In this document: positions 23,337-33,000 of the stretch, one piece after another
Numbering within the stretch: position 1 is the first letter of the stretch
Layout: every line of letters starts with the position of its first letter
Source of the DNA: Eutreptiella sp. 'Long Island Sound 2002'
Lineage: Eukaryota > Protista > Euglenida
Direction: 5' to 3'
Assembly: GCA_964036045.1 (NCBI GenBank)
Contig: OZ038378.1
Span: 20,274,001 to 20,307,000, forward strand
Length of the DNA stretch: 33,000 bases
Position numbers and translations under genes: made by a program
Notes under the pieces: model-generated
Databases searched by the model: none
Told to the model about the DNA's origin: nothing
The model's input: only the letters and a program-made list of their open reading frames with translations

Positions 23337-23759
23337 ACAAAGCAGGGGGGGGGGGGGTTACTTACAACATGAAATACCTCTCATGTGACGTGTGGAATTA
23401 ATTTAATTTTTGCGATTATTTCGGATTTTGCGTTGTATTTTTCAATTGTACGGCTACAATTAATTTTTTTTGCAATTCATTCTAGATTGCGTGGGACCAA
23501 CTTTATACGCACGACCTACTCAGAATTAATTAGGTTTAGCGTTCTTGAAGTTTGCTCAGTATTGCACCCCGACCACTGCATCACGGTCAACTGACTCCAA
23601 TGGTCCAAAACACACGCCATGAGGTGCTAGGGGGAATGTTTGCCCGGCGCGCTACTTTTAGACTATGTTCCCCCCGAAGAGCCCCCAAGCACACCCCTTG
23701 GAAACGCCCTTAGAATTAGGTGACCCAAGCTGCCCGAGCTCAAGAAAGTTGCAAACTCG

Positions 23760-23915
23760 GGTACACAGTACCACTCTCGCTCCCTTAAGGGCGATCTTGG
23801 TCAACACCTTAGCAAGTTCGGAGAATGGGGGGTTAGGATAGCACAACCGCATCGATATCCAGTAGAAGCGATAGGCGTTATTGAGGTATCGCGAACAGTA
23901 GAGCTGCATCATAAC
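23760..23915 (-). pseudogene. N6-adenine methyltransferase-like fragment (NPPF motif) of the type carried by retroelements
   Basis: VMMQLYCSRYLNNAYRFYWISMRLCYPNPPFSELAKVLTKIALKGARVVLCT, NPPF at 23823-34. It matches the Y.NPPF..l.kvl.Ki..e.a.vvL pattern of the Dam-like MT domain of DIRS elements. Confidence 0.6.
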
Positions 23916-24039
23916 ATTGATCCCACAAGTGTGGGTGTCAATACATTCAGTACAATAGTGCTCCTTACACTCATCACGAACTGCGACGGTGGAGCGCTTC
24001 CGGCAACACAACACACACACTTCTGCCTCATCCTCTGCC

Positions 24040-24450
24040 TCATCTTGCGTGCCACAACCGAGCAAAAAGCTGCTCAATGCGTGCCCTATACCACCCGTGC
24101 ACCTCATTGTAACATTGTTGGCGGGCTGTCAAAGTGCCATTCTTTCTTTCAATGAATGGCACAATGACATGAATCCGGCCCTTATAAGCACCATCATGGC
24201 CCCCAACTTCGAAATCAAAGAAATCACCTCGGGTACAAGAAGGTCCATACCCATCCCAAATCAAAACATCTGCTGATGTCCCGGGGGCCAAGGGGCAAAT
24301 CCATATAATGTTGCCCAACATATCAACGGCAACAATCCACCGGTAGGGCACGGGTCACAAAAGATGCCCGGCGCGCTAACGTTCCCCCCTAGACCCCACT
24401 AGAAGCCCGATGCCATCCAAATGGAGCTCGATTGATCGCATAGCGGTCGT
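24040..24450 (-). pseudogene. PIF/Harbinger/IS5-like (DDE_Tnp_4-type) transposase catalytic fragment with internal deletion
   Basis: GIFCDPCP (putative D1, 24354-56) is fused by a deletion/frameshift to YRWIVAVDMLGNIIWICPLAPGTSADVLIW...VGGHDGAY (D2, 24193-95)...LTARQQCYNEVHGWYRARIEQLFARL (E, 24073-75). Confidence 0.8.
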
Positions 24451-26868
24451 GTCTGGCGGCTACTCAAATGGAGTCTTGGGGGGGTATCTATGCCACACGC
24501 GCACTGCGCGCTACTTTTGCGGCAAGTTTATTGGGAAAGGGCTAGCTTTTACCTCTTCCCAAAATGCCCCCCTAAGGAGAGCAAGCCCTTGGGTACAAGA
24601 CCCGTGTAAACATCCCTCCTTCCCACAAACATTGCACAAGCAAAACAAGAACTCAACGAAACAATTTGCTATGTGTCAGCAATCCATCCCCACGTGTGGG
24701 AATGGAGGGACAAAGCCCGACGGTAGAGTGGAAGATATAGACGCATGCCTCTAGTTGGAGGTTGGATGGTGAGCCTATCCGTTTCACAAATTGTGTTGCC
24801 GCAGTGGCATCGTGTTTAGATTGGCAACAAACGGTATTTATACAGTGCCCCATCTTGCCCTGTCCGGCGCCTTCCAAAGTGAAAATACATAAGATGGCCC
24901 CTTGGGAGCACCTAGCCTAGTTTGGGCCCTAAGTACCCCGGTCTCCCTACTAAATTGTCAATTTTTCCTACCCCTGCCTTAACAACGGAGGGGAATTATA
25001 GCTCTTCCATCCAAGCCACCAGTCAGTCTACGGCTGCTTGGTTGGGCTAGACACCTTCCGCACCGTGCGTGCCACGTCAAGTGCTCCCCCTTCAAGCTAA
25101 GGGGGTAACATAATCAACCAATGGCAATTTTGAACGCCAATCTTGCAAGCAGACATTTGCCAAACAAAAGATTTCAAGGTCGTGCCTAGACCGTCCAAGG
25201 TGGGTCAGCAAAAAAACCTCGCCTTTGATGCACATGGATGGTGACGGGTGCGTTCACAATCATGGCAGCTTTCTCCGCACTCCTACACCGAACGAGGACT
25301 TAGGGATTAGCTAGCTCTATCATGGGGGCTAATAAGTTGTCCTTTGGGAATTTTGCAAGAAGTGTGGTTTCCTTCAAGTGGTCAAGCACCTGTTTATTGT
25401 TTCTTACCACCACAAATGCAACCGCCAATAAACCAACTTATGGGGTACCTACCATAGCAAAGACAAGCATATTGTTGCCCCAAACGGGTGGTCAACCCAA
25501 TCGTTTTTGCACTCACCGCATTGCTCCAAACAGGCGAGCACTTGAAGGGGGACATGGTGGAGTCTTGCATAGTGTTGCATGCCCATAGAGGCATGGTCCA
25601 CATAGTTTGGACCGCAATCAGAACCTTGGGTGCACCCCAACTCGAACTCATCGCAGCTGATCACATGATGAAAAGCACGAAGGCGGTCTCAAATGCACCT
25701 CTACCCAAAAAATTGTCAAAAATCTGTAACACTGACAATAAAGTGATCCCCCGTTTGTACAAAGAAAAAGTAGGGGGCAACAAACTTTTTTTCCCCAAGC
25801 ATAGTGGGAGCAAAGGTACAAGGGTGCTCTCAACCGTGTTATCCTCGCATGTCTCGGGTCCCACATTGTGCTCGGCATAGTGTGCAATAAGTAGGGGTGG
25901 GAAATGGGGCTAGAGGGTAAATCATACTCATCACAATCATCCCCAAATAAAGATAGGATGTCCAGTTCCGCAAGTGGTACCACACATAATAGTCCCTCGA
26001 GCGACACGTAGAATAGTTTGGTGGTGTGGAGACCCCCGCGGCCATTGCGCCATGCAAGGTTCTATAGGAACAAGAGGGCCCAGCGCATTGTAGTACTAGG
26101 CCTACCGGTCACTGATGCCAACCCCGGCCCATGTGAGGGCTGCCACTCCCACGTAGCAACACCAATGGCACCTAATGGCATGGCTCCCCTAACCACAGCA
26201 ATGAATGCATACACAACTGACACATGGGGAGGGTGGCGGGTATGACGGGCTTGTACTATACACGGCATATAGAGTTTGTCCACTGACTTTGGAAAAACCG
26301 CCACACCACCCCGGCACTAGCACTTGTGTGGCAAACAACTATGGCTACAACGGTTGGGTATGTGGCATAGGCTTAGGGGCGTAAAATTGGGTTGCCCTAT
26401 GGGCTGCGCAATTCTTGACCCAGTGGTCAAACAACCGGTAACAAAAAGAGGCCCCGGGGTCGTCATATAATTCCCCTTCATCATGATCCAATCTCCACCT
26501 ACAAAGGACAAGAAAGGCTGAAGGTGGGTGTGAATGGCACAAACGAGGGCAAAAAAACATGAAAAGTGTGCATGGCACGCTAAGCACCCATAACATGGCT
26601 CCACAACCACTGTGTGTCAACTGTGTTGGCCAAACCCCTCAAGGAACTAATTCAGATTGAATGATTCATGAGGCCAAGGCCAAAAAGTGGGCTTCATGGG
26701 GCGGATAGGATTTTCGCCCCAACTTGACGTTTGTCTTTCAAGAAAAGATCTGGCACTCCCTGGGAGCCCAAGGACCGAGCGAAGCCGGTAGTGCGGTTTA
26801 CGAGCCACAAAAGCTTGATTTTGACCTGAACACCCTTTCTATGACCCCTCTTCCACACAAAATTCTGG

Positions 26869-27174
26869 TCATACGGATGCCATCAATAGAATGAAAGCCG
26901 ACTTTCCAGCCAAGAAATCCACAGCTTGCAGAGAAAGCCCAAAACTGAGGTCATCAATGTAGAATTCTTGAAAGCCGGGTCCCAGTACATTCAGATTTTC
27001 AAAAGGTTTGCACAGATTATTTGCTTTTGGGTCAGGACATTTCATTAGTAGCTTCTCACTCAGGTCAATCCAATTTCTCGTGTCCACAGTGAAACAACAC
27101 TGTTCAACTTCGATCTGTGGAATAATAACTATTCTAGTTCTGGACGTGGCCATTTGTACTATATCGAAAGCCAT
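26869..27174 (-). CDS. Possible exon/ORF of an unknown protein
   Basis: 101-aa ORF in a non-repetitive, lower-GC stretch with ordinary protein composition (CFTVDTRNWIDLSEKLLMKCPDPKANNLCKPFENLNVLGPGFQEFYIDDLSFG). No motif recognised. Confidence 0.25.
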   Translation of the reverse strand: MAFDIVQMATSRTRIVIIPQIEVEQCCFTVDTRNWIDLSEKLLMKCPDPKANNLCKPFENLNVLGPGFQEFYIDDLSFGLSLQAVDFLAGKSAFILLMASV

Positions 27175-28469
27175 TGAGAATCAAGGAACCAGACATCCTT
27201 CAACGGCTGCACTAGATACCTATGTCTCTGGTGTCCATCACATATCCTTTACGACCTCCTGACACAGGTGCACACCAGTTCCATATGTGCAACAGTACTA
27301 CGTACCCCCTGCCTACCAATCTTATGCCCTTATTCGCCATCCAATGCATCCAATAGTAGTTCCATCCACCTGCCCTTCCCTCCCAAATGATGCACAAGAG
27401 GACAGAAATCAATGTGCAATGTGCCATGCCTTGTCCCTCAACACTCTGAACAAGAACCAACCTGCGACCCCCCCTCCTGCTTGGCTGCAATTGATTTAGA
27501 TTCTCAATTCAAGTACCTACCACCTTCCCTTGCCTGCCCTACAGGGGTACAGCCTGGTGTACACTTGGCCGTACACAAGTTTCCTCACTCAACCCAGCAA
27601 CTGGGGCTGCATTCCCCTTTGCCCGCTGTCCTCTGCCTGTCGGCACACCCAGTGTGCTGCACGGATTGGTAAATTCTATAATGCACCCGACTAGCCTCAG
27701 CCCCAACTGAACCGCACTGCAAAACAGTTTGAACGGCACATACTGTTGGGAACTGTCTGTGCAAACGCTGACCCACCCTCTTATGGGCACTCCTTGCCCC
27801 TTGGAAACCACCCAAGTGCAGATTTTCTGTGTTTCTGTGTGTTGGTGTGTTGGTGTATGGGCAGACGTGCGGCGTACAGGTGTGTGTGTGTGACACCCCA
27901 CACCGCTTCATGATAGGTCACCTCTCCACAGCTTTGTTGGCGCTGCAGCAATGTGTGTGGGTGTGCATGCGTGTGTAACAGCAAACCAAGGAGGAAGCGC
28001 CACCGTCTGGGACCGTCAAGGGAGCAGGCGCAGGTCAGTGGTGCCAGGCGTTTGCAGAGGCATCTTGCATGCATATCTACATCAGTAAGGGGAAGCCTCT
28101 GAAAAGTATGTCACAACTTGTTGGTATGCCAAAAATAAAGACATGGCTCATAAATAGTGACTGCATCAGGCCATGCCACAGCAGGAGCCTTGAGCAGGGG
28201 AAGGTACTTGATCAGAGCTGATTGTAAACGTTGCACACATGCTGGTGCATTGTGCTTTCCCCAATAGAACAAACATGAAGGCAACGTGCTGCGCTGTTTG
28301 CACTCTGAATGGCCAAAAAAAATCAACCGGGGCCATCCAAGGTCTTTGAGACAACGTTTGCTGAAAAGTGGCCCCGGTGCTTTGTTGACGCTCAATTTTG
28401 CAAATGGGGAAGCAGGGTCTTCCAAACTTGTTGAACACGTGCACGTACACTGGTTTGTCTGCAGGTATA

Positions 28470-28690
28470 AATGTGTGTCCACTGCTCAGGGTTACGGTGA
28501 AAAAATGCCTCATGCATCCCTGGGACTGCATCAAACAACAGATCCCACGAAGGTATTGCACTTTGTGCACGGTTTGTGCGAAAGCGCAAGCGCACGTGAT
28601 CAATGAGTGTACTTATTGAAGTTCTGGATACCGACCAGAAAGGCGGGCCCTGCAGCAAAAGACAGGAGTCAGGCAGCAGCAGAAACAGAA
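28470..28690 (-). pseudogene. Possible Pif1/RecD-type helicase C-terminal fragment (Helitron-like)
   Basis: FCCRARLSGRYPELQ*VHSLITCACAFAQTVHKVQ (28556-28585) resembles A.A.TxHKxQG. A degenerate TVTLSS lies at about the spacing of YVALSR. Confidence 0.4.
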
Positions 28691-28954
28691 CGGTGTGGAT
28701 GGATCCTCTGGCAGGCTGACCCTGGTTCACAGAGCGTCCAAAAAGTGCTTACTGGAATTCACTTCGAGGTACTTAACCCACAGACATATGTTTTTCTTCC
28801 ATCATGCTACCATGATAGGCCTGCGCCTGTGTGTGCTGCCAGCAATGGACCGCACGGGAATGTCCACTCAGTACCATAAGCACCATAAGCCTGTATGTTC
28901 GCTGGGTTTTGTGTGCGCTGCTCACAATGAGCTTCACGGAAATGGCAGGCACAG

Positions 28955-29000
28955 GCACACACACACAAACACACACACACACGCGCACGCACACACACAC
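28955..29000. repeat. Imperfect (CA)n microsatellite
   Basis: Direct reading. Confidence 0.85.
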
Positions 29001-31797
29001 AGGTCGGTTGGTGTTCTGGGTCTGCCTAAAGATCCATCTCATAGAACAATTTGTGTGGGGGTCAAAAGCGAGGAGGAGCAGCACAACGAGGATCAAAATG
29101 TGTGTGGTGTGAGTGGGTTGAGGGATGACCGGCGATTCAATGCATACAACAGGTTGTTGGTGTCCCAGACCCCGTTATGTACATTGGCTGGGCTGCAGCT
29201 GGTGTGGGAGGGGATATTGGCCGTTTACAGTGGTGTGCCATTCAGTGCGCACACGTGCGCGGATGGGTCGGTGCAGGTGGGAATCGCCTAGAAACGACAC
29301 AGTGCAACCTGCAGATGCGCAGAGCCGCTACAAATACAGAGGAGGGAAGCCTGTTGCTGACCTACTGGGATGCAGCGCAAAGCAGAATTCTCTAGTACAG
29401 AGGCGTGTCGGATGTGCCGCAAACGCACTGACAGCCTTCTAATGGAAGTAACTCTCGAGCTTTGATGGGTCAGATAGGATTGTTGTCCACAAAATCAAAG
29501 GATGGTCTGTTGAAAGGAAACAGCAGAATCAAGCTGGAGGTAATTCTTGGTAATGCTGTGATCTAAGAAATGTGATATGGAAAATGCCAAACGAATCTAA
29601 GAGCAATATCTGGAAAGGCATGCAGCAAGTTATCCTGCTTTGTCATCAGACCCGACATTACAAGACGAGTAGCGCTATATGTGCAAAGCACTGACGCTTC
29701 ACAATGATTCAACACCTGAGAAGCAACATTTCTGGAACCACAAGGCAAAAAGAAGTCCAAAGCTACTTCAAAATGGGGTAGGTCCGACGCTTGGCAGTTC
29801 CGGTTTCATGCACTTGGTTGTGCTTTGTGGTGCGAGAGCGACAAAAAAGATAGCAGAGGCCTTTCATACGTAAACGCCCACTGCATGTCGCTCTGAACTG
29901 CCACACCCCGCGCAACTGCCCCTCACAAACGACGGTAACTACACAGCACCCAACCAGCCTTTATAGGATGCGCCCACCACCCATCCACCAGAAGGGCCAC
30001 CCCACCCAACATCGAATGGTAGATCAGCTTCCCCCATGGCGCCCATTCCCCTGCTGGCACTGACAGACTTCACATCCAATCATCACCAGACTGCACTTTG
30101 GAGAGTGCTCCCCAACACAAATGACGTCGGGGATAGGGCAACACAATAAAGCCGGGCTTTCCCAGCAGAGAACCGCCCCAGGGAGTGAAACTGCGAAGGA
30201 GCTGCGCAGAGGGCACATAGAAAAGCAGCTCCTGCTGAGCATTGAAACCGGGGAAGACGGTTTGGGCAGGGACAAACGGGTTTGGCAGGGGTTAGGGGCA
30301 TGGACAACCCCGACGTCGGATGTAGAGGGCGCTTGTGGTGGGAGCCCCCAGCGATTCCCAAAGAAATTTGCTCCGAAACGTGCGCCAAGTGCGCGTGGCG
30401 CAACTACCCCCCACCCGGACCCCTACCGCAGGGTAATACTGCACCTCAACCCTGGCACACGGTGTCCCTGGTACACCTTCGGGTTCTCGCCAGTCTCAGC
30501 CCGACCACTGTTGCCTTACATTTTCACGAGCAGTCCCTCTCAGTCAACCACAAATCCGAGCAGGTCTTCCAAAAGCGGTTTTGAGAGAAAGCCTCAACTT
30601 TGACTCCTCTAATGACCGCCCCGGTCCACAAAGGACAATCTATGCACCGCCCCTAATGAGAATTCAAGACCCAGGACAAAAAAATCAAGCAAAAGAACAA
30701 CGAGGCAGAGATGAGTCGCGCGCTGCCTCCATTCAGGGCATTCTGTGGTGAGGATCAAAAGGGCCTGGTTCGTCATGAATGGCAAGGACTGCCATATCGC
30801 ATTGGGCGCCTTGGCCCATGGCTACGGACACAGACGAACTAACAGTTCAGGGGAATGGGGAGCAGGCTGCCGTTGCCCCAGACACGCTTTTTGAGCACGG
30901 GTGGAACTCCGGCCCACTTCCGAGGCGTCCTTCTGTTTCGATCTGGGTAACAAAAAACTTCGGTCATTGATTTCATCAATCTTCGGAGGAAACCTGAGCT
31001 CCTTTCGGTTGATGATTTCCGGAGACCAATAGCAGGTCAGTGTTCACCGATCGCGTGAGGGGGCGGAGCGGGCCCTCGCACATACAGCGCGGCACGTCCC
31101 CTTGGCAGGTGTTTCTGGTGTGAGGGAGTCTACGGCCACATATTACAGACCTGCCGCAACAGAACGCTACGCCACCTTTCCTCAACTCCAAACCTCATAC
31201 TGTACCCTGTTTATCATCACGCGCTACACATCTCTTGCCAGACGATACTGGACCAGGGCAACAGACCACTTCTCACTGAAACACGTCCGGCCTCTCGCTG
31301 CCCAGTCTTCCTGCCCCTTCGCAGGCAAAGCGTTGCAGAACGCAAACTTCGGATGGGACAGTGCCATGACCCACAGCAGAGTGCCAACGCGGACGAACCT
31401 CCCAGGGTGTAGTGCAATGCGGGCAGGCATGCTTTCCATGCGGTGGCGCAAGGCAGACCCCCACCATGAGGCGCAGGCGGGGGGTGGGGGGACTCTGTGA
31501 TGCACAGAATCAACAACGTGATGTACAATTCCGCAGTTCGACGGAGAAGAGGCCTCTGCGCTCCAGAGAGCGCTGCTCGGCCCTCCCACATCAGTTTCGT
31601 GTTTGCTATTCGATGCCACGTTCCTCAAAATCTGCACAACAAATGGGAGCATTCAATATGATGACCAAGACGGCCCTGACCACAACTGCAGCAGTGACAC
31701 ATGGCACACTTGCTGTGGAGATGTGTGAGCGTGGGGAGGGAGGGGAGGTCTCCTTCCAGAAGAATGAAGCATTGTATGCAATGTGTGAGTGTGCGTG

Positions 31798-31961
<164 letters not shown>

Positions 31962-32311
31962 ATCTGTACTTTTAGAGGTGGATCCTTGTGCAGCGTTGGG
32001 CTGGACGCCTCATTCGGCTCAGGTCTGCTGAGGCCTCTTTGTGACGTTGTTTCCCTCCCTTCTGCGGAATCAGAACCTCTGTATTTTGCTGGCTAGGTAT
32101 CCAGAGTATTTGCTCTCCCGTGCCTCGTCAGAAAAAGCGGGCAGGCGACATCCTTGGCCACGGTCTCCTCCAGCCCCTGTGGAACTGGGGCTGGTGGAGA
32201 CGGAGGGGGGGGTGTTTTCGGCCTCCTGCGTTTGGGCGCTGGAGGGGTGGGGGGTTGGTGTGGGGACCTCAGCAGCATACAGGCGGAACCCCAGCACCGC
32301 GCCCATGCCTT

Positions 32312-32456
<145 letters not shown>

Positions 32457-33000
32457 GGTGGGGGCTTTAAGTTACTGCAAAAAATTCATTTCAAAAGATT
32501 ATTAATGTCTTGAAACTATATAATAAATTGTAAATTTCAGCCATCATGATTATAGACCAAAGAAATATTCATTGGATTCTGCTGCATAGATTTGTTTTGA
32601 CGATTGAATCTAAAATGTATTGTTCTAGCATTGTTAAGCAAAGGCATGTTGTTTGTTTTCTTCAGTTCAGGTTAATAAAAATTTTTAGAATTATCAAGAA
32701 GAGAAAAATACTAGACAATGAGAAGATTTCTATCTTATTGAACAATACCCTACAATAATTCACCAGGAAAGAAATGCCTTTTAAATTCTATTTGGTTCTT
32801 CAGATGGTGATTTGAAATCAGTCAATTTTTTTTGTTTTAGAACCCAAGCATTCTCTATCTTTTATTGAAAATTGGTTCTAGTAAATGAGATCAATTGTTT
32901 TCTTCAAGAAATTAAATTGTAAAGAATATAGAGAATGTAAATTACAAAGAATATCATAAACCCTGCAAAGAATTTTTATTCTAACAACATCAAATAACAT
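32457..33000. other. AT-rich block of foreign composition
   Basis: Hand count gives 143 G+C in 540 nt (32461-33000, ~26%), far lower than most of the window. The boundary coincides with the end of the GT microsatellite. Confidence 0.85.

Larger units (their letters stand above)
21395..23559 (-). mobile_element. Internally deleted pogo/Tigger-like DNA transposon (putative boundaries)
   Basis: TA|CCGTGCAAACTT at 21393 vs AAGTTTGCTCAG|TA at 23548-61 (12/14 inverted match including TA). AT-rich subterminal tracts with aattaatttttt/tttgcga motifs occur at both ends, and the transposase N-terminus lies inside. Confidence 0.5.

Noticed and set aside
23925-24020. Cys clusters here and at ~9600, ~19800 and ~31400 as TnpB/Fanzor zinc fingers
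   Set aside because: No RuvC motifs or correct CxxC...CxxC spacing with a downstream RD.NA motif were found.
23627-24392. Apparent TIR pair (ggggaatgtt / aacgttccccc) with CTAG or TA TSD and a shared 14-mer tgcccggcgcgcta, suggesting a discrete ~760-bp element
   Set aside because: The right-hand 'TIR' reads as transposase coding sequence (SRGNVSAPGIFCDPC, containing putative D1), homology continues beyond it, and the 14-mer is in direct rather than inverted orientation. Not excluded, but not supportable.
32461-33000. Ciliate-code (TAA/TAG=Gln) protein in the AT-rich block
   Set aside because: The frames examined still contain about as many TGA codons as expected by chance at this composition, and no motif is recognisable.

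Overview
Eukaryotic, repeat-saturated window: mixed GC, many poly-G/C tracts, and long (GT)n/(CA)n/(GA)n microsatellites. I can identify no intact host gene, rRNA, tRNA or CRISPR array. The sequence is a mosaic of decayed mobile elements. The main one is a minus-strand tyrosine-recombinase (YR) retrotransposon (~12.8-16.4 kb, possibly to 19.2 kb). Its YR lies upstream of RT/RNase H (the VIPER/TATE order), and it has a 3' split-direct-repeat-like structure. Other elements: a pogo/Tigger-like remnant carrying SAM-like and Tudor-like modules, itself interrupted by a 294-bp (CCTGA)n-tailed retroposon with a 17-bp target-site duplication (TSD); a PIF/Harbinger/IS5-like DDE transposase fragment abutting an NPPF adenine-methyltransferase-like fragment; several TA-flanked MITE/foldback elements; and a possible Pif1-type helicase fragment. 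The last ~540 bp switch abruptly to ~26% GC (hand count). A euglenozoan (euglenid-like) origin is an inference from element architecture and sequence style only. All domain calls are by-eye motif recognition and need HMM/BLAST confirmation.
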